Shown in pieces: positions 50,831 through 62,800 of a stretch of 64,000 bases of DNA; position 1 is the stretch's first letter, and every line of letters starts with the position of its first letter. The DNA lies in NCBI GenBank assembly GCA_977017575.1, contig CDRNVI010000053.1:558001-622000 (forward strand). Reading direction: 5' to 3'. Origin of the DNA: Paramoeba atlantica. Lineage: Eukaryota; Protista; Discosea. A model generated the notes under the pieces. The model ran no database searches. It saw only the letters and a program-made list of their open reading frames with translations, and was not told the DNA's origin. A program made the translations under genes and the position numbers.

Positions 50831-52159
50831 ATGTCCGAGCCAGACAAAGCGTTCATTGACGCGCAAGAGTGCGAGGAAATCTTTGATGTGGTAGAAACGG
50901 CGAATCTCGCTCGAGCCGCTACATTGAGACTCTCGCATGGGTCCGTTCGGGCACCTGTCTTTATGCCTGTTGGCACCCAAGGTGCCATCAAGGGCATTAC
51001 CTTCGATCAGATGAAAACCCAACTAGATTGCGAAATACTGCTTGCCAACACCTACCACCTGGGCCTGCGTCCCGGAGAGGAACTACTACGTGACGTTGGT
51101 GGTCTTCACAAGCTTGCGGGCTGGAACCGTAGTATGCTAACCGACAGCGGGGGGTTCCAAATGGTTAGTTTACTTCCGTTGGCGAATATTACTGAGGATG
51201 GCGTCTCGTTTGCCTCGAGTCATGATGACACCCGAATTCTGTTACGACCAGAGGATAGTATGCGGATTCAAAACGCAATCGGGGCAGATATTATTATGCA
51301 ACTGGATGACGTCGTGCACGTGAGAACGACCGGTCCCCGGGTGGAGGAAGCCATGCACCGTAGCATTCGCTGGCTCGACCGCTGCATTGCCTCGCACCAA
51401 GCCCCCAAATCACAGCACCTTTTTGCGATTATACAAGGGGGTACGGACCTCGATCTACGTTCCCACTGTGTTCGTGAAATGACCCGTCGGAACTGTCCTG
51501 GGTATGCCATCGGGGGACTGAGCGGGGGAGAGGCGAAGGAAGTGTTCTGGCGGGTCGTCGCCCGTTGTACGGCAGAGCTGCCTCGGGACAAGCCTCGATA
51601 TGTCATGGGGGTGGGCTACCCTGTGGACATTGTCGTGTGCGTCGCACTGGGTGCAGACATGTTTGATTGTGTCTACCCGACCCGAACGGCGCGGTTTGGG
51701 ACCGCACTCACCTCACGTGGGTTGATTCATATTGGAAAGCCTCACTACGCCGCGGATTGCGGGCCACTTGAATCCGGGTGCACCTGCGTGACATGCTGCA
51801 GATTTACTCGACAACAGTTACACAAAATGTCGAAGCAGGGAGGAGTAATTGGGAGCCTTCTTTCTTTACACAACCTCCATTATATGCTTACTTTGATGCG
51901 CGCGATGCGTCAGTCCATAGTGTCGAAATCTTTTTCCAGATTTGTTACACATTTTATGGTGGATTATTTTTCCGCAGAAGAGGAGCAATTTCTGTCGAAA
52001 ATCGAAATATCTACGAACTGTTCTTCCAGAGGCACAATTTCTTCTGAAAGATATCAAGATAGGTACATTCCGGAATGGGTATATGAAGCTCTCTCGTATG
52101 CAGGCATCGATTTACGAAGCGAAATAATGAGCTTAAAACCGGTGAATGTCAGAAGGTAA
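50831..52159 (+). CDS. QTRT1: Queuine tRNA-ribosyltransferase catalytic subunit
   Basis: PVFMPVGTQG, NTYHL, MLTDSGGFQMVSL, IIQGG, GGLSGGE, MGVG, DMFDCVYPTRTARFG and CTCVTC...HN zinc site. Confidence 0.93.
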   Translation: MSEPDKAFIDAQECEEIFDVVETANLARAATLRLSHGSVRAPVFMPVGTQGAIKGITFDQMKTQLDCEILLANTYHLGLRPGEELLRDVGGLHKLAGWNRSMLTDSGGFQMVSLLPLANITEDGVSFASSHDDTRILLRPEDSMRIQNAIGADIIMQLDDVVHVRTTGPRVEEAMHRSIRWLDRCIASHQAPKSQHLFAIIQGGTDLDLRSHCVREMTRRNCPGYAIGGLSGGEAKEVFWRVVARCTAELPRDKPRYVMGVGYPVDIVVCVALGADMFDCVYPTRTARFGTALTSRGLIHIGKPHYAADCGPLESGCTCVTCCRFTRQQLHKMSKQGGVIGSLLSLHNLHYMLTLMRAMRQSIVSKSFSRFVTHFMVDYFSAEEEQFLSKIEISTNCSSRGTISSERYQDRYIPEWVYEALSYAGIDLRSEIMSLKPVNVRR

Positions 52160-52587
52160 CATCTGTGTCATGACTGGCAACCCTAGAGAAAATCTTTGCT
52201 AGGGTTAATAAAAAAATGAGCTATCAATTTGTGTTTCTTAATTTGAAAAATTGGAGCCTTGATTCTTGCATACACCCTTCCACTATGGATAATCTTCCCT
52301 TCTTCCTTACATCTCCAAATTCGAAATTTTGTTTATTCGATTTTGACTCAATTGAATTCCCTCTTCTATTTGCTCTCGCAATACTTAGGGAGACTATAAC
52401 TCTTGCTACACATTAGTAATACTGTATACTACTGTACCGTTACGCGACATTTGATGATCGGTGATAGAGTGGTAGCTAAATCATCACAATGTTAAAGTAC
52501 TTCAGTCATTTAACATTAACCTATTTGCAACGTATACTTTTTTGGGATGTATAAGTTTACTTAGAACAAGCACGTATCACAATATTC

Positions 52588-53199
52588 TTGATGGAGAACC
52601 TCATAGGCATCGCGTTTGAAAGTCATATTGTTCTTGCTGCTAGCGCACAAGAAACATTTCATTATATACAACTACACAACGAGGCGGACAAACTATTTCC
52701 AATCGATGAAAATAAGATTCTTGCCGTTGCGGGAACGAACGCTCATCGTACTAATTTAGTGGAGTACATACATCGTAACCTGGAGCTAACCAAATTACGC
52801 GCGCATGGTGTGAAGAAAAGCACACATGCTACGGCACATTTCATCCGAGGGGAGCTCGCTTCCGCTCTTCGAAGCGAGGAAGGACCACACGAATGTTTTC
52901 TGATCTTGGCTGGATGTGAATCGGGTGGAAAGTCAGATGGAAGCCCAAAATCGAGTCTTTATTTTCTTGATTATTTGGGCACTATTCAGAAAGTTCCGTA
53001 TTGTTGTCACGGTTACGGCGCTACCTTTGCAACCGCAATTTTGGATCGATACTACCGCCGAGACATGACAGTTGAAGAAAGTCTTGAATTACTGAAAAAA
53101 TGTATGGATGAAATTCGGCAACGAATCATTATCAATAACGAAAAATTTGTAGTGAAAGTATTGAAAGAAGGTGGACTCGACTCTGTGCAGAGTTACTAA
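52588..53199 (+). CDS. PSMB2: 20S proteasome beta-4 subunit (PSMB2/PRE1)
   Basis: LIGI, AHFIRGELASALR, LAG, LYFLDYLGT, HGYG...ILDRYY, LLKKCMDEI..R. First ATG at 52591. Confidence 0.88.
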   Translation: MMENLIGIAFESHIVLAASAQETFHYIQLHNEADKLFPIDENKILAVAGTNAHRTNLVEYIHRNLELTKLRAHGVKKSTHATAHFIRGELASALRSEEGPHECFLILAGCESGGKSDGSPKSSLYFLDYLGTIQKVPYCCHGYGATFATAILDRYYRRDMTVEESLELLKKCMDEIRQRIIINNEKFVVKVLKEGGLDSVQSY

Positions 53200-53630
53200 A
53201 CCTTTTGAATAAACTAATTTTAGCTTCTAAACAGGGGTGCGATGCCTCAAACACTTTCTTCGAAAAGCAACATACCGAGAGAATTTTCTGCTGAGCAAAT
53301 GGTTACTATTTATGATGATGGTCTTGATAATCTTTGAATCTTTCATTAGGAAAGAGAATACTCTAAGAGTATCCCCTTTTGGCCAAATAGTTACATGGTT
53401 TTTTGTTCTTTTCTTGAAAGCATTATTTTTTAGCATCGTGTTTGGTAAAACTTTTTTGCTGAATAATTCAAAAATACCACGCCTTAAACGTCTTTATGTA
53501 GTAAGCTCTAAGTACGTAAGTTTGGTACCATTAATTTTTCCTCATCAATCCATATGACGATCCACGCTGTACGCATTCATTGGTCAACCTATTGGTAGTG
53601 AGCAGGTTCCTTGCCTCTTCCACTATCAAA

Positions 53631-53843
53631 ATGGATATATTTAAACCCAAGCAAATATTATCTAACCTAGGAACACCTCGGATACTGGAAGATCTGTTGA
53701 GCGATATTCTCGTTGAAACCCCGGATGATGTGTTTCTCTTTATCTCAGAATGGTCAAAGCTTCGACTGCGAAAATTTGAAATGCAGAAAAGTGTGGCAGA
53801 AAATATGATTCCGAGAACACAAACCCCAGAGTGCGACCGCTGA
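53631..53843 (+). CDS. Small RIIa/DPY-30 dimerisation-docking motif protein
   Basis: PRILEDLLSDILVETPDDVFLFISEW fits the D/D consensus (L..L...LL..RP.DP..F...). Confidence 0.55.
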   Translation: MDIFKPKQILSNLGTPRILEDLLSDILVETPDDVFLFISEWSKLRLRKFEMQKSVAENMIPRTQTPECDR

Positions 53844-54033
53844 TACATGCATCGATACCTAAAAAAATGATCCCCGCTTTTTAGTGTGTACAATAATTTT
53901 TTCGAGAGATTTGAAAAGATTAAATCTTTAAGATTTCGAAAGTTGTTTAATTCTTCTTTCTTTTGAAAATTGTTTAATTACATTAAATTTCTCCTTTTTT
54001 AATAAAGCGAAAAACGTTTTTTAAGTCTTTCTC

Positions 54034-54702
54034 ATGGACGAGCACCAGAGAAATGTCACCGAGTCCGAAGTCCCGCAGCCGTCTAAGTTTTTGAATGTGG
54101 CCCGGAAGGCATGGATTTCATCTCTACGTTTGTCTGCCATTGTTCTCAATTGCTTGCTTCCCGTTTACTGTGTACTTGGACTCATTGGACATCTTTTTGA
54201 CGTTGTGACCTTAGTTTTACACATCTACATTGCATTGTTATCTTCTTTGTGCCTTGCATGCGAACTCCGATTTATTTCTTTCATTCGCCGCATAGCTTAT
54301 CCCATACTTCGATGGATCTATTTTCTTACATTTCACGAAACTCGGGGAGCATTTTACATTTTTTTGGGCACTTTAATGTGCAAACGCAGCTCTGCGATTA
54401 GCCTAGTCTTTGCTGTAGCACTGATGGTTGTGGGATTGTTGTGGATAGTATTGAACCGTCTCTATCAACTAGATTATCCTGTTGATTCACAGATAAAGCA
54501 ATCTCTTGGCGAAGTGAGCGAAAACGTCATATCACAGGAAACTATGGAGAAAACCTTTGAGACAGTTCTTACTCGATTTCACAAAACACGAGCAAGATTG
54601 TCGAAAGATGATTCAGGTGTAGAAAAAAGTTCACATTCTTCATGCGGAGAATCGCAGAATGTCAATTTATCTTCAATTGCGGTGAACATTAGCAATGATT
54701 AA
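54034..54702 (+). CDS. COPI-associated / TVP15-like Golgi membrane protein
   Basis: Four TM segments with ELR and FL.....RGAFYIFLG motifs. Confidence 0.7.
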   Translation: MDEHQRNVTESEVPQPSKFLNVARKAWISSLRLSAIVLNCLLPVYCVLGLIGHLFDVVTLVLHIYIALLSSLCLACELRFISFIRRIAYPILRWIYFLTFHETRGAFYIFLGTLMCKRSSAISLVFAVALMVVGLLWIVLNRLYQLDYPVDSQIKQSLGEVSENVISQETMEKTFETVLTRFHKTRARLSKDDSGVEKSSHSSCGESQNVNLSSIAVNISND

Positions 54703-55209
54703 CCGATTCTTGTTGTCATTTCGGGATATTTTTTTCTAAGAATTTCAAGGATGCTGATGGCCTTAGGAGTGGCCATACAGAAGGGTAGTGCCCATATAGT
54801 GCAGGCGGCGGTACATGATTGGTACCACTGCGTCGTGCGTTAACTGGGCCGGGGATTACAAAGGAAAGGAAGCTAAGAATACTTTTTCTCACAATGTTAG
54901 GAACATTGTGACTGCGCTTCAAGTTACTTGAGACAATTTAGTAAAAAATGAATCATCTCATTGAGCAATAATTTTAGGAACTTGTTTCGAGTTTCTTAGT
55001 TTTCAAGTGGAATATTCGTAGTTCGTTTTTTTACATACATTTATTTGTAACATGTAACTTTACATGTTGGTAAGTTATCTAGGTTTAGAAAACGCGGGAA
55101 CTTTATTCAGATTTGAAATAACGTATTTTGTCTGCTGACCAAACCACTTTTATCGCACATTACTTCTCGTGTGACTCGCAATCTCTAAAATAGAAACTAA
55201 GTTGTATAA

Positions 55210-57684
55210 ATGTTGTTCGATGGTTTACATTTTGCGCTTACGGGAAGGGGTAAGGATGTGCGAAATGTTCGGGATCTTATTATTTCCCAAGGAGGAAAGA
55301 TTTTACCGAAGGAAACATCCACGATCAAAGCTTTAATAGTAAGTAGCGTTGCACCAAGCGTTAAAAAGATAGCTTTATCCGAAGCTTTAGGCGTTCCCTG
55401 CGTTACGGCCTCCTGGGTATCAGATTCCATTGCTGTTGGAAGCATCCAACCCGTGAAGAAATACTCAATTGAAAATTCTTCTATTCACAAGTGCAACGAC
55501 TCGTTGAGCGCAGACGTTCAACCTATCGAACTTATTCTAAAATCGACTCCACCCACTAAAAGTAGTCGATTGAATTTCGCAGACAGAAGGGTCATTCATG
55601 GTTCATCGACTAAAACTTCGAACAGGAAAATAAGGAAAAACGTTCTTTTACACGATGAATGTAGCAATACTTTTGAAGCAAGGTTATCACAACAACTAGA
55701 CATCGGACACAAAAAGCATTCTGGGGTAACTAAAAACCGTGAAGATTTTTCTCTTTCACAGCATTCGAACGATCCAAAATGCATGAAAGTGATTACTGCC
55801 ACTGAGTTTTGCTCAAGGCTCGGCCAGGAACCCAAAAGGGAACATAGTCGTCAATGCGCGGCGCCTTCCCTTTTTTCACATGAAAAAGCATTACAGATGT
55901 CTCGGCCGTCAGCGCATATTCCTGAGGAGCCTATTGCTTCTCCCGAAGAGCAAACACAGCGCCCGTTGCGTTTGTCCACAGCGCTTCCTGTCATGCCTTC
56001 GTCAAGGTGCAACTTTAACCAAAAAATACAGGCGTGCAGCACTAATCCGATAGGCAAATCCAAGTATTTTGATCGTGAAGGGGAAAATCATGATCTAAAA
56101 ATCTTGAATACTGCCTCAGTCAAGTCTAACGTTACCTCGCGTACAGAACTCTATGTTCCTCCCGATAATTTTGGTCCTAACGACAAGAAAAAATCTGCAA
56201 TGGACGCTCAAAAAGTGTCTCATTTGATGACAGGTCCCAGAAAATCATTAATTTCTCGCAAACCTTCTCTTCGCAATCTTAATCAGGCAAGTTCGGACGA
56301 ACTTGCCGTCGCCGAGCTGAGAACTTCCACCGAGAGCGACTGTTCTGTGAGAAGAAATACAAGGAAGCCTTCTCCTCCTTCTGTAACAACTAATGGCTTA
56401 GAAGCTTGTTTTCCACCTCGTCCATCTCCATACCTCTCTCGCGCACCACCACCTCTTCCATCTCGCCTTCATACACGTTCAGGGTATCGTTCTCAGTCCG
56501 CACTGGAAAAAACAAGAAGTACTGCGGCGGATACCACCACAGGAAGTACGGCTCCTCACGCCAACGTTCACAGAGATTCTACACGACTAGGATTTCACAA
56601 ACCATTCCCCTCAGGAAGCTATAATGTAAACTCTAGAGCAGACGTTTCTTCTAACAATCGTCTTCTAACACGCACTGCAACCAGGAAACCGATTGTACTT
56701 AAGCAAACAGGAACAGGGGAGCGAAAGAAAGCGGATCTCCAATCTCAAGGAAATTTGGCAAGAAACGTATTGGAGCACCCCGCAGGCAGAGCTTTGGATC
56801 CGGAGTCTGTAGCACAAATACTACTCCAAATTGTAGACAATGCCCTACCTGTTACATTCGAGTCGATATCTGGTTTAGAACATTGCAAGCAAATATTGCG
56901 AGAATCTGTTATTTTGCCCTCGAAACGACCCGAGTTATTCACTGGCTTGCGTCGACCATGTGCAGCGCTTTTACTGTTTGGTCCACCGGGAAACGGAAAA
57001 ACTATGTTAGCTAAAGCAATTGCATGTGAGTGTAAGACTACGTTTTTCAACATAAGTGCCAGTGCCATTGCTTCCAAATGGGTCGGAGATTCGGAAAAAT
57101 TAGTTCGCGCTCTCTTCGGCACTGCAAGAGCATTGTCGCCATCGACAATATTTATAGACGAAATTGACAGCATGCTACAAGTACGAGGATCTTCAAATGA
57201 ACTCGAAGGATCACGTCGCCTAAAAACAGAGTTTCTGGTACAAATGGATGGGGCAGGTAACGATTACAGCCAATATCGCGTCATGGTCATGGGTGCTACG
57301 AATCGTCCGTACGATTTGGATGATGCCGTTTTGCGTCGTTTTCCAAAACGTGTCATGGTACCTTTGCCGGGATGCGACACACGAAAATCAATGCTTTCAA
57401 ATTTACTCAAGGAAGAAAAGTGTACTTTCGATTCTGGGGATTGGGAAAAACTTTCAAAATTGACCGAACATTATAGTGCGAGTGATCTCTCACAGTTATG
57501 CAAGGATATGGCGCTATCTCCGATTCGTGATCTGGGAGCTCGAGCGCTGGAGGTCGAGATAGCGGACCTACGAGCCATTAATTTTAATGATGCACTGGAG
57601 TGTTTGAAGACGATACGTCCATCCACAAGTACATCTATGCTTGAAAGACTGGCTACGTGGAATCAGGAATATGGATCACGATAG
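55210..57684 (+). CDS. Spastin/fidgetin-clade AAA ATPase with an N-terminal BRCT domain
   Basis: BRCT: LFDGLHFALTG..LIISQGG..LIV..CVTASWVSDSI. AAA: LLFGPPGNGKTMLAKA, KWVGDSEKLVRALF, IFIDEID, SRRLKTEFL and ATNRPYDLDDAVLRRF. Confidence 0.85.
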   Translation: MLFDGLHFALTGRGKDVRNVRDLIISQGGKILPKETSTIKALIVSSVAPSVKKIALSEALGVPCVTASWVSDSIAVGSIQPVKKYSIENSSIHKCNDSLSADVQPIELILKSTPPTKSSRLNFADRRVIHGSSTKTSNRKIRKNVLLHDECSNTFEARLSQQLDIGHKKHSGVTKNREDFSLSQHSNDPKCMKVITATEFCSRLGQEPKREHSRQCAAPSLFSHEKALQMSRPSAHIPEEPIASPEEQTQRPLRLSTALPVMPSSRCNFNQKIQACSTNPIGKSKYFDREGENHDLKILNTASVKSNVTSRTELYVPPDNFGPNDKKKSAMDAQKVSHLMTGPRKSLISRKPSLRNLNQASSDELAVAELRTSTESDCSVRRNTRKPSPPSVTTNGLEACFPPRPSPYLSRAPPPLPSRLHTRSGYRSQSALEKTRSTAADTTTGSTAPHANVHRDSTRLGFHKPFPSGSYNVNSRADVSSNNRLLTRTATRKPIVLKQTGTGERKKADLQSQGNLARNVLEHPAGRALDPESVAQILLQIVDNALPVTFESISGLEHCKQILRESVILPSKRPELFTGLRRPCAALLLFGPPGNGKTMLAKAIACECKTTFFNISASAIASKWVGDSEKLVRALFGTARALSPSTIFIDEIDSMLQVRGSSNELEGSRRLKTEFLVQMDGAGNDYSQYRVMVMGATNRPYDLDDAVLRRFPKRVMVPLPGCDTRKSMLSNLLKEEKCTFDSGDWEKLSKLTEHYSASDLSQLCKDMALSPIRDLGARALEVEIADLRAINFNDALECLKTIRPSTSTSMLERLATWNQEYGSR

Positions 57685-57903
57685 GAATATTTTATATCAC
57701 CATAGCATGAATAAACACAAGTACATTGTATACATGCACCAGACGCTTTTTTTGTTTTCCCATCTAAAATAAGTAATTTTGGGAATGCAAAATATGCTTG
57801 CATGTGCATATCTGATCAATGTTGTCCACCAATTTACATTGTATTATAACAATTACCGTTCAAGCATTATATTCACTAGTTACATCGTGATAGCGCTCAA
57901 TCA

Positions 57904-59604
57904 TTGACAATAATGACTAACCAAGAAAAGCCTCTAACGGGAAGCCCACCACATGAATTATGTTCCTCGTGCGTTGAGGCTGAAAATCCTTCTATGCCAT
58001 CACACGCTTACACATCGGCACAACACTTGTCTGACGCTTCTACCTCCTACGAAAGCAATTTAGACAGCGTCATACAATCTCCTCTTTCCTCGTCTACGCG
58101 ATCGCTTTCCATGTCTTCTCAGGATTCAAGGAGGGGTTTGATTAATGATTTGGAAAGAACAAGTGGATTCGCCAAAAGGAAAAACATCTCAACGAACGCA
58201 TCAATATACTCGGAACCTTCCGCATCTCCCAACGAAAATTATGATGAATTTCCCAATTTTCAACCGGGTTCTCCTTGTGCTTTACAAAGCTTTGATGTAA
58301 AAGAAGCTAATAGCCATTCTAGAGGCGCGTGTCTCTCTACGAAATCAGAGATCGGTTTGTGCAAACCATTACTGTCTACTCATCGACGGCCATTGGCGAA
58401 TTCAACCCCTAACCAGAATATGGACTCGCTAGATTCTTCCTCTCGACTAGAGATCCAGCACAGTACGGCGAGCCCGATCCACATTACAGATGGAAAACCT
58501 TTTCTTCGACATTCGCATGGCACACGAACGCGAGGAACTAACCATCGCCCTCCCAATCGTGAGCCGAGAAATAGACATCGCAAAAACTTCCGTCCACCTG
58601 GTCGATCTTCTTCCTTTGGGGGAAAAGTAGCAGTGATGTGCGTTTCGGATGCTATTGATATTACGGAATTAGAAGGTCTATTTAAGGAAAACGATTACGT
58701 TACCTATCTTCGTGATGAGGTGCTTCATGTCACTAACATACGCGGGTATTCTAGTCCACTTCCTGAGAGTGATCAGGATCCACGTTTTGACTTGTTCATA
58801 TTTCCGTATGGATCCATTGTATGGTGGGGAACAGATATGGATTCTTACCGCCTCGTTGTGGAACGCGATTTTTTGGTTCCGCACAATCCGTATCTACACG
58901 GTTTATCGTCGTCGCGCAGCAACTCTACTACTCAAGACTACATTAAGGAACGATATAGCCAGCGGACTTTGGAAGAACTCTTTCCTCTTTGGCTGACATT
59001 TACCGTTCGGGAATCTAAAGAGGAGAGTAGTGATGATCTCCCTTTAGCTGCATTCGTCCAAGAGCTTCAACATGATCACGTACTTCTCCAATCACATCTT
59101 CCTGCGTACAAACAATCCATCAGCCACGCCTTAGCCCAGAGTGCGAAATTGGATGTCTTGGAACCTCTTGTCGCAGAGTTGTTGTTCTTCTGCAAACCCT
59201 TACCTCTGCAACTTTCAATGAAAGGACGTGCTCAAATATCACCTAAAAAAGTAAATCAGCTCAAAGGTGAGCTCTTTCTTTACCGTATGGTTCTTCGTGA
59301 TGTTCTAGATGAACCAGACTTCTTGTGGGAATTTAGTTGGTTTTCTCCTTTTTACGACATGGTGAAAGAAGATTACAGTATCGAGACTCGTGTGCTTTTT
59401 CTTGAAGAAAAACTTGAAGGCGTTCATGATATACTTCAAATGTTGGGCATGCAATTTTCTCAACAGCACAACACTCGACTCGAGTGGATCATAATACTTC
59501 TCATAGTTGCTGCTGTTGTAATTGCAGTTTTTCAACTGTGGGTGCAAGTGAAAAGGATAGCCAGAATGAAGCACCATCTTACCTCCCTTACTCTCTCAAC
59601 TTAA
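57904..59604 (+). CDS. DUF155 / RMND1-Sif2-Rmd1 family protein
   Basis: FIFPYGSIVWWG, ISHALAQSAKL, GELF, LDEPDFLWE and LEWIIILLI. Confidence 0.85.
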   Translation: MTIMTNQEKPLTGSPPHELCSSCVEAENPSMPSHAYTSAQHLSDASTSYESNLDSVIQSPLSSSTRSLSMSSQDSRRGLINDLERTSGFAKRKNISTNASIYSEPSASPNENYDEFPNFQPGSPCALQSFDVKEANSHSRGACLSTKSEIGLCKPLLSTHRRPLANSTPNQNMDSLDSSSRLEIQHSTASPIHITDGKPFLRHSHGTRTRGTNHRPPNREPRNRHRKNFRPPGRSSSFGGKVAVMCVSDAIDITELEGLFKENDYVTYLRDEVLHVTNIRGYSSPLPESDQDPRFDLFIFPYGSIVWWGTDMDSYRLVVERDFLVPHNPYLHGLSSSRSNSTTQDYIKERYSQRTLEELFPLWLTFTVRESKEESSDDLPLAAFVQELQHDHVLLQSHLPAYKQSISHALAQSAKLDVLEPLVAELLFFCKPLPLQLSMKGRAQISPKKVNQLKGELFLYRMVLRDVLDEPDFLWEFSWFSPFYDMVKEDYSIETRVLFLEEKLEGVHDILQMLGMQFSQQHNTRLEWIIILLIVAAVVIAVFQLWVQVKRIARMKHHLTSLTLST

Positions 59605-59858
59605 GGATAAAAAAAATGCTAACATTCGAATCGCGGTTTGATGCCTTTAATTCTGTGTACTCATTGAAATGATACATTTCTTGAAATGTTAAATGATTAT
59701 AATGGTAGGCTGAATTACCGACATTACTTTGATTATAGGATGTATGTTGACGAATCGATGACTTTCGTTCAATAAAAAAATGTAACTTACACTTAGTTTT
59801 TCAACAAATTTTCATTCTATTTTTGCAAAAGATATTCTATTTGAGATTCGCATGATAT

Positions 59859-62800
59859 TTGTTACTCCGGTTCTCAATTCGTGATCGTTCGCAGTACAAG
59901 ACTGAAATGTCTGCGGTTGACGATGTTCTTGCCTCTTACATCGAACCTAAACCGTATCTGTTTTTATTTATAGGCACAACACTTCTTGTAGGAGCATGTG
60001 TCAAGCATTTTGGAATCGGTTCACGCATACCCTACACGATAATCATGTTTATTCTTGGAGCTTTATCGGGTCTTCTTGCTGATTTTTGGAGTGGTTTTCG
60101 TCCTTTTGTCTCTTCCATTGAGCACATTCCTCCAAATTATATTTTTTACATCTTTTTTCCTGTCCTGATATTCGAAGCTTCTTTTAACAGCGATATTCCT
60201 GTGCTGCGCGCAATGTGGAAGCCTGTGATGCTTCTAGCATTTCCAGGTGTTCTTTTAGTGACATATTTGACTGCGATGATACTAAAGTTTATCATGTATC
60301 CCGAATGGACATGGCCAACGGCGCTTTTGTATGGGTCCATACTAAGCGCAACGGATCCCGTCGCCACAATAGCTGTCTTGCGTGAACTCGGAGCAGATAA
60401 ATATATCCGCACACTACTTGACGGTGAATCTGTACTCAATGACGGATGTGCAATTCTTCTCTATTCAATCTTTTTACCGAGCGCAGTAGCCGGCGAGTGG
60501 CATATGTCAGTCGCAGGCGCATGTGCGCAGTTTCTAAAACTTTTAGTCGGAGCCATACTTGTTGGTTTACTATTCGGATACGTCTTAGTCAGATGGTTAC
60601 AACAGGCGAAAGAGAATATTGTGGAAATTACGCTAACGTATATCATTAGCGTCCTGGCTTATTTTTTCGCTGATGATATATGTAAAGTAAGTGGAGTTTT
60701 CACCCTGGCAGTTATGGGATTTTGCTTTGCCTACAGACGATACGTAATTCAGCCATCCAATGCACGCACTCTAAACGCAATATGGGATGTTTTGGTTCAT
60801 GTAGCGAACACAGTCTTGTTTACTATGACCGGTGTGCTTGTAACCCGCGAAGGGTTTCAAGGGATGACGGGGCGTGATCTGGGCATGTGTGTTTTCTTAT
60901 ACATAGTCCTACAACTCACTAGAGGGCTCATGCTCCTGGTTGCCTGGCCTTTTTTGAATTTTTCTCGGCATGTCACCTGGAATGAATGGGTGCTTTTGGT
61001 TCACAGTGGACTGAGAGGAGCCGTAGCATTGACCTTGACTCTTGCCGTACGTCACGATCATCGTTTGCCCAAAGTTGTACGACATACCTTTTTGTTTCTG
61101 ACTGCAGGAAGTGTCATATTAACTCTACTAGTAAACGGTCTTACCGTGCGTCCGCTCTTGAATTGGATTGGTTCGCAATGTGGGAAAGGTCCTAATTTTG
61201 CAGCAGATAGGAAGGAATTGCATTACGCCGCACAAGATTTGGTCCGAACATTAGACTTCAAAATTTATGAACTCGGGATGAATGAAATGTTTCAATCAAC
61301 TAATGTTGGATTCCTTAGAGATGAAAAGAATCGTCTCCTGAGATCGTTTCATCCCTTACTACACGAAATTCCCGATGTAACAGTATCAAAAGAGTTGGAC
61401 AGTGCAAGACGTATTTACATGAGAGTTTTTGAATCTTTACTTCTTGACCGTGATAACCAATCACTTATTACGTGCGACGCATTCCACATCCTTCTACACG
61501 GCGCTCAAAAATCCATAGAAGAAAGACGAATTATGGTTCTAGAGGATTTTATCTGGACGCACTCGGGTTTACACGTCTTTTATTATTTACGAAGCTTTAT
61601 TCAACGATTAGTAAAAGATCAGCGGGGTTCGAGTCTACCGTCTAGGCTATGGCTTCGATTTCAATTAATTATGGCGTATAGCATGATACTTCCTAAACTT
61701 GCACACAACTTTTCATTACAGAATTTCATTCACCCACTGGTACGGTCAGGTTTAAAACAAATTGTACGTTCACAACTCAAGAGAGCCGAAATTTTGGTCG
61801 ATTCTTTTAAATTACAGCATCCGGAGCTCAGCGTTAAGTTTCATACATTGCTTGCTCATCGATTAATGGTACATACAGCATCAGAGAGGTTGAGGGTACT
61901 ACAACATCGGGGTACTATATCCATAGAAAATTACATAGCAGTGGAAACAGTTTTAAAGAATTTACCAAGGACATGTGGTCTTTGTATGGACGTCACTTAT
62001 TCGAATATTGGAGCAGTCTTGCGACAGAACAAGAGCCTTGCATCGTTGTCTGAAGATGAACTTCAAATTTTGGAGGAAGACGCATTTATTCAATGCTGCG
62101 AATCCGAATCGCCCATTCCATGTATTGCAGGTCAATTGGCTTTTCTAATTAGTGGAAAGGTAAGACATAGCTTTACGGACGTGCAATTGGGTGAAGGAAT
62201 GGTTTTTGGCGAGTCTTGCACAAATTTGGCAAAACTTTTTGATTTGGTCCCAACGAATCATATGTATGTTTGCCATTCGGATTCAGTTTTCTTAATTCTC
62301 ACACGAAAGAAAATATGTTCTTTCGCGTCATCCAACAAAATTTTATCAGATTCCTTATTGGCGCTTGAGGCGCTTAAATGTGTTTTACCGTGTTTGTCGC
62401 AGTCATCTCCTTCTATAAATTGGAATAACGAACAACGATGGCTTGCACTACGGGAAAGTGTTCTTTACAACGTTGGAGATGCGAACTCTTGCCTTCAGTT
62501 TGATTTATCGACTGCAAGTTTCTTTCTCCTTTGCGGAAGAAGTGCTTGTGGGTACTATGCGCATGATGGCACACCGATTGAGATAGTTATGGCAAATCGA
62601 CATCCGGTGACAGAGCATAGTTCAAACTTCGCCGAATTCCTTAATTTCGAGACTTTTCTAACGCTAGAATGGGAGGCAAATTCTCAATTTCTGATTTTCC
62701 CTTTGGATCTCAAGCAAAATCCGTTATGGGGTGTTACAGACTCCCTACGTAAAGTGATATCTGTCCATCAGGATGCACACATGCGCAATCCTTTTTCAGA

